Positions 28,548 through 35,765 are shown, counted from the stretch's first letter. The stretch is DNA of 37,640 bases from Streptosporangiaceae bacterium (GCA_035260365.1 DATFVJ010000265.1:1-37640), one strand, 5' to 3'. Notes: generated from the letters alone by a model not told the origin. A program made the numbers and translations.

Positions 28548-30776
28548 ATGAGCGAACAGGAAAAGCCGGGCGTGCCGTTGGCCGCGCCCGTGCCCGTGCC
28601 TGTCGCGGTGCGGCGGGCCCCGCAAGCGGCGGTCCCCACGGCGCCGGTCGAGCCGCGTTTCCGCACCGCGCACGGGACGGTGACCGCGGAGCCGTTCGGC
28701 TGGATGACCGACCGAAGCGACCTGCGGCTGCACACGTACCTGACGGCAGAAAGGGAGCACTACCAGGCGGCCGTGAGCGGGCTGGCCGGGCTGCGCAGCC
28801 TCCTCGGCGCGGAGTTCGCCGCGCGCCTGCCGACAGAAGAGGCCGCGGTGCCCTGGCGCTGCGGGCCTTATACCTATGTCGAGCAGACGCGGGCTGGGTC
28901 AGAGTTCCCGCAGTTGGGCCGGCGCCGCAACGGCAGCGACGCCGGCTTCGAGGTGGTTCTCGACGGCGGGACGGCCGCGGCTGCCCCGGCCACCCAGGCG
29001 GGCGCGGGCAGTTACTTCCGTTTCGGCGTATGTGAGCCGAGCCCGGACGGACGGCTGATCGCCTACTCGGTGGACTTCACCGGAGACGAGGTCTACGAGC
29101 TGCGCTTCCGCGACGCGGCCAGCGGCCGCGACCGGCCCGATCGCATCGCCCGCAGCTATTACGGATGTGCGTGGAGCGCCGACTCGAGCGCCTTCTTCTA
29201 CGTCGTGCACGACACATCGTTCCGGCCCTGCCGGGTGATGCGGCACGTGATCGGCATGCCGCAGGCCGCCGACAAGATCGTTTTCGCCGAGCCGGACGCG
29301 CGCTACCACGTCACGGTCGGCGCGACCCGCAGCGGCGACTGGATCGTGATCTCCGCCGACGCGCGTGACACGAACGAGCAGTGGATCGTCCCTGCCGCCA
29401 GGCACGATGCCGCGCCCCGGCTGGTCGAGCGCCGCCGCCGCGGCGTCGAGTACTTCACCGAGCATCTGGGCGGGCCAGCGGCGGGCGGGGCGGGACCGGG
29501 CCGGTTCGCGATCCTGACCAACGACGGCGCGCCCGAGTACCGGGTGGTGACGGCGCCGGTCGAGGCCCCCGGCCGCGGCAACTGGCGTGAGCTCGTGCCT
29601 GGCCACCCGGACATCAGGTTCCACAGGCTGGACGTGATCGGCGGCTACCTCGTGCTTTCCTGCCGCTCCCGCGGTGATCCCTTCCTGCGGATCGTGCGTC
29701 CGGACGGCAGCCACCATGACCAGCATCCGGAAACACCCGCCGGGTTCATCGAGGCGGCGGTGCGGGGCAGCTACGACGCGGCGGACGTGGTCGTGTCCAC
29801 GCAGTCCCTCGTCGCGCCCAAGTGGTGGTGGTCAGTCGACCTGCACACGGGCAAGCGGACGCCGCTGCGGGCGACCCGGGCACCCGGCTACGACGAGGCC
29901 GCCTACGTGACGCGGCGGCTCTGGGCGCCCGCGCCCGACGGCGAGCACGTCCCCGTCACGATCGCTTACCGGCGCGGCCTGCGGCCAGACGGCAGCGCAC
30001 CGTGCCTGCTCTACGGTTATGGCGCCTACGAGTCGTGCGCGGACCCGCGGTTCTCCGCCACCCTCCCGAGCCTGCTCGACCGCGGCTACGTGTACGCGAT
30101 CGGGCACGTACGCGGCGGCGGCGAGCTTGGCCGCCACTGGTGGCAGGACGGCCGCCTCGCCGCCAAGCGCAACACGTTCACCGACTTCGTCGCGGTCCGC
30201 GATCACCTGGTGCGGGCGGGCTGGGCCGCTCCTGGCCGCGTGGCGTGCCGTGGGCTGTCCGCGGGCGGGCTCACCGTTGCCGTGGCCTATACGTTCTGGC
30301 CGGACCGCTGGGCCGGTGTGATCGCCGAGGCCCCCGCCGTGGACCTGCTCAACCAGATGCTCGATCCGGCGGTACCGCTCACCGTCAACGAGTACGACGA
30401 ATGGGGCGACCCGGCCGACGAACCGCAGTTCCGCTTGATGCGCTCGTACACGCCGGCCGAGAACGTGACCGACGTGCCGCGCCCGCCGCTGCTCGCCACG
30501 GGGATCCTGCACGACCCACGGGTCATGATCTCCGAGCCCGCGAAGTGGGTGGCGGCGCTGCGCGCCGCCGACACCTGCGGCAACCGCATCCTGTTGCGCG
30601 CGGAACTCGGCCCGTCCGCGCACCGTGGGCCGGCCGGCCGTTCGGCCTCGCTCGCGTACGAGGCCGAGCTGCTGGCCTGGGTCATCTCGCTCACCGGGCG
30701 GCCGGCCCCAAGGCTCCGGGGTGACCCCAGTGGCCGGGGTGGCCCAGTGATCGGGGTGATCCAGTGGCCGGGATGA
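28548..30776 (+). CDS. S9A prolyl-oligopeptidase-family serine peptidase (oligopeptidase B-like)
   Basis: An N-terminal beta-propeller region (HGTVTAEPFGWMTDRSD...) is followed by the catalytic domain. The catalytic residues appear in CRGLSAGGLTV (nucleophile Ser), GILHDPRV (Asp) and GPSAHRGPAG (His). The last 25 aa or so are encoded by the tandem repeat at 30721 onward. Confidence 0.88.
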   Translation: MSEQEKPGVPLAAPVPVPVAVRRAPQAAVPTAPVEPRFRTAHGTVTAEPFGWMTDRSDLRLHTYLTAEREHYQAAVSGLAGLRSLLGAEFAARLPTEEAAVPWRCGPYTYVEQTRAGSEFPQLGRRRNGSDAGFEVVLDGGTAAAAPATQAGAGSYFRFGVCEPSPDGRLIAYSVDFTGDEVYELRFRDAASGRDRPDRIARSYYGCAWSADSSAFFYVVHDTSFRPCRVMRHVIGMPQAADKIVFAEPDARYHVTVGATRSGDWIVISADARDTNEQWIVPAARHDAAPRLVERRRRGVEYFTEHLGGPAAGGAGPGRFAILTNDGAPEYRVVTAPVEAPGRGNWRELVPGHPDIRFHRLDVIGGYLVLSCRSRGDPFLRIVRPDGSHHDQHPETPAGFIEAAVRGSYDAADVVVSTQSLVAPKWWWSVDLHTGKRTPLRATRAPGYDEAAYVTRRLWAPAPDGEHVPVTIAYRRGLRPDGSAPCLLYGYGAYESCADPRFSATLPSLLDRGYVYAIGHVRGGGELGRHWWQDGRLAAKRNTFTDFVAVRDHLVRAGWAAPGRVACRGLSAGGLTVAVAYTFWPDRWAGVIAEAPAVDLLNQMLDPAVPLTVNEYDEWGDPADEPQFRLMRSYTPAENVTDVPRPPLLATGILHDPRVMISEPAKWVAALRAADTCGNRILLRAELGPSAHRGPAGRSASLAYEAELLAWVISLTGRPAPRLRGDPSGRGGPVIGVIQWPG

Positions 30777-31551
30777 CCCCCAGTGGCCGGAGTGACCCAA
30801 GTGACCCAGTGGCCGGAGTTACCCCAGTGGCCGGGGTGACCGCGGCGCGGCGTAAGCCCGCCCGCGCCTGGCGGTTGCGCATGGCCGCAGGCGCCGGGCG
30901 ATCGCGGGTCAGGTCGGCGTCGAGCAGCCGGTAGCGCACGGCGAACGAGGCGGCCTCGAGACGTGAGTGCACGCCGAGCTTGGTGAGTAGCGCCTGCACG
31001 TGGGTGCGGACGGTGGTGCGCGAGACGCCGAGCTTGGCGACCATGGCCGCGGTGTCAAGCCCTTCGACGAGCATCGCGAGGCACTCACGTTCCCGGTCGG
31101 TGAGGTAGGAGGCCAGCCGGTGCGCGTCGTCGGCCCGCGCCGACCTCCTGGCCGCGGTCGCTTTGGGCACGCTGACCACCACTTCGCCGCGCAGCACCCG
31201 GTCGATCGCGGCGGTGAGTACCGCGACCCCCTGGGTCTTGTGCAGATAGCCGGATGCGCCGGCCCGCAGTGCCCGCAGTATCCCGTCCGTGTCCGGGTCG
31301 GCACTGAGCACGAGGATCTTCGTGCGCGGGCTCGCAGCGATCATGTTCCCGATGGCCTCGACGCTGTCTTCCGCGGCGAAATGGCGATCCACCAGGCAGA
31401 TGTCCGGCTTGACGCGGCGCAGGCACTCGATCGTCTCAGCCGCGCTCCGGGCCACGGTGACGGCGAACCCGTGCTGGGTGAGCACGGCAGAAAGCGCGTC
31501 GAGGAATACGGTGTGGTCGTCGCCGAGTACCAGGTCAGGCACGCTGGTCAC
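30691..31551 (-). CDS. NarL/LuxR-family response regulator (RR1) with a repeat-encoded C-terminal tail
   Basis: The receiver domain reads DLVLGDDHTVFLDAL...DICLVDRHF...ILVLSADPD...GASGYLHK. The LuxR HTH reads LTDRERECLAMLVEGLDTAAMVAKLGVSRTTVRTHVQALLTKLGVHSRLEA. The GTG start at 31551 overlaps the HK stop as GTGA (31548-31551). The tail VTPATGVTPATG...VIPATG... comes from the 18-bp array. The gene overlaps the S9 gene by 86 bp. Confidence 0.8.
   Translation of the reverse strand: MTSVPDLVLGDDHTVFLDALSAVLTQHGFAVTVARSAAETIECLRRVKPDICLVDRHFAAEDSVEAIGNMIAASPRTKILVLSADPDTDGILRALRAGASGYLHKTQGVAVLTAAIDRVLRGEVVVSVPKATAARRSARADDAHRLASYLTDRERECLAMLVEGLDTAAMVAKLGVSRTTVRTHVQALLTKLGVHSRLEAASFAVRYRLLDADLTRDRPAPAAMRNRQARAGLRRAAVTPATGVTPATGSLGSLRPLGVIPATGSPRSLGHPGHWGHPGALGPAAR
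30721..30840. repeat. Degenerate tandem array, 17-19 bp x about 7 (TGACCCCAGTGGCCGGGG)
   Basis: The units read gtgaccccagtggccgggg / tggcccagtgatcgggg / tgatccagtggccggga / tgacccccagtggccggag / tgacccaag / tgacccagtggccggag / ttaccccagtggccgggg. The array lies in the overlapping 3' ends of two convergent genes. Confidence 0.85.
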
Positions 31552-32255
31552 CCGGTCAGCCCGGCGCCCGCGCGTGCCGGGGTGGCCGGCCGCCCTGGCA
31601 GCGCGATGCGGACCCTGGTCCCGCCGGCCGGCGGCGCGTGGACCTCGAGCGCGCCGCCGACTGATTCGAGCAACGACGCGGCCACGCGCAACCCGAGTGA
31701 CGCCACTCCCGGTGGCCCCTGGCCGAAACCGGGACCGTTGTCGATCACGTCGATGACCGTCCGGGGCGCCCGCCCTATCACCACCTCGACCCGGCCGGCC
31801 CGGCCGGCCGCGCGCGCGGCGTTGTCGACCACGTTGGTCAGCGCACGCCACAGCAGCGTCGGGCTCACCTTGATGCGCACCGCAGGCCCAGCACGCAGCA
31901 CGACCTCGGTACCGGACGCGGCGCTCGCGAGCCGGGTGACCTGGCTGGCCATTGCCCGCACGTCAACGGGATCGGTGGCATCACCGCCGGTAAGCGCGTG
32001 CGTGACAATATCGGTCAGGCGCGACACTTCGAGCGACACGAGTTCCATCCGGGCACGCGAGCCGGATGGAAGCGCCGGGTCGCCGCGCACCGCCTGGGCC
32101 AGATAGGACAATGTGGTCAATTCGTGTCCGAGATCATGCAGCAACCCGCGCATCGCCAGTACGTCGCGGCCATCCGAGCCCCGGCGGCCCTGCCCGGCCC
32201 GCCGGTCGAGCGACCACTCCATCCGCGCCTCCCCTCCCCGCTCTGACCAGCGCAC
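31548..32255 (-). CDS. Small soluble histidine kinase (DHp + HATPase_c only, no sensor or TM domain), 235 aa
   Basis: It has the H-box-like LLHDLGHELTTLSYL, the N box LTNVVDNAARA, the G1 box DVIDNGPGF and the G2 box LGLRVA. I see no hydrophobic segments and no PAS, GAF or HAMP domain. The start is GTG. Confidence 0.75.
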   Translation of the reverse strand: MRWSERGGEARMEWSLDRRAGQGRRGSDGRDVLAMRGLLHDLGHELTTLSYLAQAVRGDPALPSGSRARMELVSLEVSRLTDIVTHALTGGDATDPVDVRAMASQVTRLASAASGTEVVLRAGPAVRIKVSPTLLWRALTNVVDNAARAAGRAGRVEVVIGRAPRTVIDVIDNGPGFGQGPPGVASLGLRVAASLLESVGGALEVHAPPAGGTRVRIALPGRPATPARAGAGLTG

Positions 32256-32296
32256 CCGGCACTGACGCGGGCCGGCCGCGTGCGATGCGATCAGGT

Positions 32297-32373
32297 GGTA
32301 CCGGTGTCCGGTACCACGATCGGTTGATACCGCTGTCCGGTACGGCGATCGGTTGGTACCGCTGTCCGGTACC
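32297..32373. promoter_or_regulatory. Three 19-bp palindromic boxes (GGTACCG-N5-CGGTACC) at exact 29-bp spacing; candidate operator array upstream of the HK-RR1 operon
   Basis: The boxes are GGTACCGGTGTCCGGTACC (32297-32315), GATACCGCTGTCCGGTACG (32326-32344) and GGTACCGCTGTCCGGTACC (32355-32373). The linkers are acgatcggtt and gcgatcggtt. The array lies 42-118 bp upstream of the HK start. Confidence 0.6.
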
Positions 32374-32446
32374 GCGACATTTGATGACGCCGGTGAGATC
32401 GCCGTACGCGCATGATTTCAAGATCCTCGGAGAACCAGAATAATTC

Positions 32447-32482
32447 GTGCGCGCGTCTAATGCGAGTACGTCGCGCGCGCAC
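32447..32482 (-). terminator. Intrinsic-terminator-like hairpin downstream of RR2
   Basis: GTGCGCGCG (32447-32455) pairs with CGCGCGCAC (32474-32482) around an 18-nt loop. On the minus strand it is followed by GAATTATTCTGGTTCT, a U-rich tail. Confidence 0.55.
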
Positions 32483-32546
32483 CGTGCGGCCCACACCACG
32501 CGGCAAGCACTATGCGGCACAGACCGTGCAACAAACACCATGCGCC
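32477..32546. repeat. Decayed tandem array, 14 bp x about 5 (nnnCACCRTGCGGC)
   Basis: The units read gcgcaccgtgcggc / ccacaccacgcggc / aagcactatgcggc / acagaccgtgcaac / aaacaccatgcgcc. The array lies in the 3' untranslated region of RR2. Confidence 0.6.
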
Positions 32547-32668
32547 AAACACATCTCCCACTGAATCATGAGTAGCGCGTCCGGCCGGCCGGCGTAAGTG
32601 CCGGAAGTCCCGACTTTCCCTGTGGCCACATGCTCACCGGAAGCTGGCGGCGGCGCGTGGCGGGCCGG

Positions 32669-33388
32669 TCAGCCCGCGCGCTCGGCGCGCTGAAGCCCGG
32701 CGGCGACGGCGACGCTGACTGCCTCGAGGCGGCTGTGGACGTCCAGCTTGGCGAAGATGTTGCGGGTGTGGGTGCGCACGGTGTCGGTGGAGATCAGCAA
32801 ATCCTCGGCGATCTGGCGGCCGCGCTTGCCGTCCATCATGCTCAGCATGACGTCTTTTTCCCGCGGGCTGAGCATGTGCAGCGGGTTGGCGCCGTCCATC
32901 GCGCCGTTGAGGCCGGTCCGCATGTCACGCAGGATCTCGCCGAGCATGTCCGGGGGAAACCAGGACTGGCCGTGGCAGACCCCGCGCAGCACGGCCTCGA
33001 GTTCCGCCGCGCCCTGCTCCTTCGCCACCCAGGCGACCACGCCGGCCCTGGCGGCTTCCACCGCGTGCTCGACGTTGCGGTCGGAGCTCAGCACCACGAC
33101 GCGCGCGGCCGGCCGAGCCTCGACGAGCCGCCGCAGTACCTCACCGAAAGCGGAGCCGAGCGGCTCGATCTCGATGGTGATGACGTCAGGCCGCACCCCG
33201 CGGACGATGTCGATCAGGTTCGGGTCGAGCGTGGCGCAGCGGCCGGCCACCCAGAGATCCAGCGCCGCGGACAGCCGCGATGCCAGCGCTTCGGTGACCA
33301 TCAGATGGTCGTCGACGAGCAGCAGTCGCAGGATGTCCACCTGCCCACTGTGCACGCCGGGAACGGCCCGGTCCTCATCCAGATGCAT
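32669..33388 (-). CDS. NarL/LuxR-family response regulator (RR2)
   Basis: The receiver domain reads ILRLLLVDDHLMVTEAL...DVITIEIEPLG...VVVLSSDRN...GVVAWVAK. The LuxR HTH reads LSPREKDVMLSMMDGKRGRQIAEDLLISTDTVRTHTRNIFAKLDVHSRLEA. I start at ATG 33388 (MHLDED...), which has GAGGG upstream. In-frame alternatives are ATG 33412 inside the repeat and GTG 33571 (the track start). Confidence 0.8.
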   Translation of the reverse strand: MHLDEDRAVPGVHSGQVDILRLLLVDDHLMVTEALASRLSAALDLWVAGRCATLDPNLIDIVRGVRPDVITIEIEPLGSAFGEVLRRLVEARPAARVVVLSSDRNVEHAVEAARAGVVAWVAKEQGAAELEAVLRGVCHGQSWFPPDMLGEILRDMRTGLNGAMDGANPLHMLSPREKDVMLSMMDGKRGRQIAEDLLISTDTVRTHTRNIFAKLDVHSRLEAVSVAVAAGLQRAERAG

Positions 33389-33403
33389 GACAACGCCCTC
33401 ATC

Positions 33404-33480
33404 CGAATCCATGGGCACCCGAATCCATGGGCACCCGAATCCATGGCACCCGAATCCATGGGCACCCGAACCATGGGCTG
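33404..33480. repeat. Tandem repeat, 16 bp x about 4.8 (CGAATCCATGGGCACC), each unit containing CCATGG
   Basis: Units lie at 33404-33419 and 33420-33435 (identical to each other), 33436-33450 (one G missing), 33451-33466 (identical to unit 1) and 33467-33480 (degenerate). The array is immediately upstream of, and overlaps, the RR2 start region. Confidence 0.9.
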
Positions 33481-33720
33481 CGCCCGGCCCACCGGCCGCC
33501 TCCCGTGCGGTGACGTCAGGGGGCGTCAGCAGCAACACCAACCGGCCATCGCCGTGGCCAGAGCCCTCCAATCGGAGCCGGTAAACAGACCAAGATCGGC
33601 AACTATGTCAATCTGCTTGCGCTATGTGCAGGCAGAGTTCCACAGAAACGGATCTTGGGCGCGCCGGGCGCGGCGGGGTTGATCGGGCTGCCGTCCCGCC
33701 TTGATCGCAAGGGGTGGCGC

Positions 33721-34485
33721 TCAGCTTGGCAGGGTCACGCGGATCTTGGGCTGGTGGTCCCACGGGTCGTGCCAGTCATCCATGAGCCGCGCCGCGAGCC
33801 CGTACTTGGCCGCGAGCGAGACGAGCGTCTGCGTCCGGTAGTAAAAGTCTTCGCGCAGCACCTGGTAGTCGGCTTCATCGGAGCGGTAGAAGGTGAAGTC
33901 GAAGATCGCGCCAGGGGCCATGACACGTCCGACGTGCGCCAGGCACTCGTCGATGACCTCGATCGGGCAGTGCGTGAACACGCTGTTCGCGTGCACCACG
34001 GTGAAGTACCCGGCCGGCAGGAACTCGAAGGTCAGGTCCGAGACAATGGTCAGCCTGGGTAGTTTGCCCTGGAGCCCGGACTCGGCGAGCACCTGCTGCG
34101 CCGCCACCATGATGTCCGGTGAGATATCGATCCCGTAGTAGTTGCCGGTGTCGAGGTAGTCGATGAGCAGCCGGCCAGCCCGCAGGTTGCCGCATCCGAT
34201 CTCCAGGATGCGGTCGGCCGGCTTGAGCCCGTGCGTCAGCAGGTAGTCGAACTGCATCTGGCCGAACTCGAGCCATTGGTCGTGGCTCCTGCTGCCCACG
34301 GCGACGTCGACGTTGTGTGACGCCTTGTACTTCATCACGGCCCGGTAGTAGCTGACGTGGTCACCGGCCCGGGCGCGCAGCCACGCGTCGACGAGGACTC
34401 TGCGCACGTACGGCAGGATCTGATCCGGGTGCTTAACCGCAAAGATGATCTTGTAGGAAAGACGAGACCTGTTCTGGGTTGTCAT
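33721..34485 (-). CDS. Class I SAM-dependent methyltransferase
   Basis: Motif I is ILEIGCGNLRAGRLL and post-I is YYGIDIS. I trimmed from the track ORF (34815) to ATG 34485 (MTTQNRSRLSYK...). Its G+C is visibly lower than that of its neighbours. Confidence 0.82.
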   Translation of the reverse strand: MTTQNRSRLSYKIIFAVKHPDQILPYVRRVLVDAWLRARAGDHVSYYRAVMKYKASHNVDVAVGSRSHDQWLEFGQMQFDYLLTHGLKPADRILEIGCGNLRAGRLLIDYLDTGNYYGIDISPDIMVAAQQVLAESGLQGKLPRLTIVSDLTFEFLPAGYFTVVHANSVFTHCPIEVIDECLAHVGRVMAPGAIFDFTFYRSDEADYQVLREDFYYRTQTLVSLAAKYGLAARLMDDWHDPWDHQPKIRVTLPS

Positions 34486-34868
34486 AGCACCAGTGAAGCT
34501 AGATGTTGAGCAGGACTTCTCCTCCGAATAGGGTACCGGGATCCCCCGGGCAGCCAAGCCGCACCGCCGCGGAGCGCCAGTGCGCTGAGCGCGGCGCATC
34601 GACCACCCCCGCGTGTGCGGCAGCGCCCCGGCCGAATGGATCACCGCGCGTCCTCCCCGGCACGGCTCCGGTCCGTGCCACCCGCAGGCTGCGCAGCACC
34701 GCGATCGGCACCGGCCGGCACCCGCGGGCGGCACCGCTTCTCCGCCATTTCGGCGAGGGCAGCTACCCCGGATGAATGAGCAAACCCTAGGCGCCCCGAT
34801 GCCACAGTCGGTCACGGATCACCACAACGGGGGCACCGTGCCTTCCACACGGGCTTGGGGGACTTGCA

Positions 34869-35762
34869 GTGTCACAGCACCGGCTGTCGCTTGACAGCAG
34901 CCGCAAGAAGGGGGACCGGCGCACAAAGCCGGTCCCCGCCAGGGCGCCGGCGATCGCGATCGCCGGCATGGGCCGCGCCGGGCTGTTGACCGCGCTGGCC
35001 CTGTACTCCAACTGCCCCCGCGTCATCGGGATCGACGCGAGCGCCAGCCGGCTGCGCGCCATCGCCTCGGGTACGGCCGGCCTCACCGCGGCCGACGGTC
35101 ACCTGGTCGGCGCGGCGTTCGAGGACGGCAGCCTCGAGCTGACGACCGTGGCCAGCGCGGCTGCCCTCGCCGACGCCGTCATCGTCTGCGTACCCGCGCA
35201 GGCCGGCGGCGACGGCGTGCCTGACGTGTCCGCGCTGCGCCGCGCGTGCGGCACCGTCGTCGCGCACGCCCGAACCGGCCAGACGATCATCCTCACCTCG
35301 ACGGCCTACGTGGGCACAACGCGCGAACTGCTCGTCGGCCCGCTCGAGCGGCGGGGCATGCGCGCCGGCGAGGACGTGTTCGTGGCCGCCAGCCCAGAGC
35401 GGATCGAGTCGCGTCCCGACGATCATCCGCGGCAGGCTCCACGGGTCATCGGCGGCGCCACGCAGTCGTGCACCGAGCGCGCGGCGCGGGTGATCCGCCT
35501 GCTCACCGACGTCGTCCACGTGGTCAGCTCGGCCGAGGCGGCCGAGGCGGCCGAGATCTACCAGAACATCTCCCGCGCGGTCACCCTGGCTGTCGCGAAC
35601 GAGTTCGCCGGCATCTGCCGCACGCTCGGGCTTGACCCGATCGAGGTGACCGCCTTCGCGGGACCCGGCGCCGGCGGCGACCGCATCCCACGCGACCCGC
35701 AGCATCTGCTGCGGCAGCTCCAGCTCAACGAGCGCAATTGGGACGCTCCGCTGGTCGCTTAG
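34869..35762 (+). CDS. Nucleotide-sugar (UDP-Glc/ManNAc) dehydrogenase homologue, C-terminally truncated and catalytically degenerate (possible pseudogene or pseudoenzyme)
   Basis: It has a Rossmann N-terminus (IAIAGMGRAGLLTALAL) and the blocks VIVCVPA, ILTSTAYVGTT, ASPERI and AVANEFAGICRTLGLDPIEV. Where the family normally has GGHC(I/L)PKDP, this protein reads GAGGDRIPRDP, so the Cys nucleophile is lost. It stops about 25 aa later, so the whole C-terminal UDP-binding domain is missing. Confidence 0.7.
   Translation: MSQHRLSLDSSRKKGDRRTKPVPARAPAIAIAGMGRAGLLTALALYSNCPRVIGIDASASRLRAIASGTAGLTAADGHLVGAAFEDGSLELTTVASAAALADAVIVCVPAQAGGDGVPDVSALRRACGTVVAHARTGQTIILTSTAYVGTTRELLVGPLERRGMRAGEDVFVAASPERIESRPDDHPRQAPRVIGGATQSCTERAARVIRLLTDVVHVVSSAEAAEAAEIYQNISRAVTLAVANEFAGICRTLGLDPIEVTAFAGPGAGGDRIPRDPQHLLRQLQLNERNWDAPLVA
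34911..34937. other. Perfect 10-bp stem hairpin (GGGGACCGGC gcacaaa GCCGGTCCCC)
   Basis: The arms lie at 34911-34920 and 34928-34937 with a 7-nt loop. A second small hairpin, GCTGTC gctt GACAGC, lies at 34883-34898. Both fall inside the predicted first 23 codons of the next ORF. Confidence 0.7.
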
Positions 35763-35765
35763 GCC

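Noticed and set aside
32297-32373. Possible mini CRISPR array, because of the 29-bp periodic repeats.
   Set aside because: There are only three units. The 10-bp segments between the palindromes are nearly identical to each other rather than unique spacers. There are no cas genes in the window. The array is better explained as phased operator sites.
15382-32373. A shared CCGGTAC core between the ACCGGTA boxes in the R-M promoter and the GGTACCG-N5-CGGTACC boxes upstream of the mini-kinase, which could suggest a common regulator.
   Set aside because: The shared core is only 7 nt, and the architectures differ (13-bp direct phasing against 7-5-7 inverted repeats at 29 bp). No evidence links the loci, so the similarity is probably chance.
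34532-34550. Polylinker-like string GGTACCGGGATCCCCCGGG (KpnI, BamHI and SmaI/XmaI sites back to back), resembling a cloning-vector MCS.
   Set aside because: The match is at most about 13-19 nt. The flanks are native-looking GC-rich spacer with no other vector sequence. Such GC-rich palindromic hexamers are common at this base composition. I treat it as coincidence rather than contamination, although a vector screen (UniVec) would settle it.
5941-34815. N-terminal extensions of the track ORFs: 5941-7815, 7491-8678, 12779-14341, 23033-24454, 30691-31851 and 33721-34815.
   Set aside because: The extensions overlap neighbouring real genes or fuse two genes. They are Arg/Gly-rich, and better internal starts exist with SD sequences or GTGA coupling. 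I trimmed them as listed in the features.
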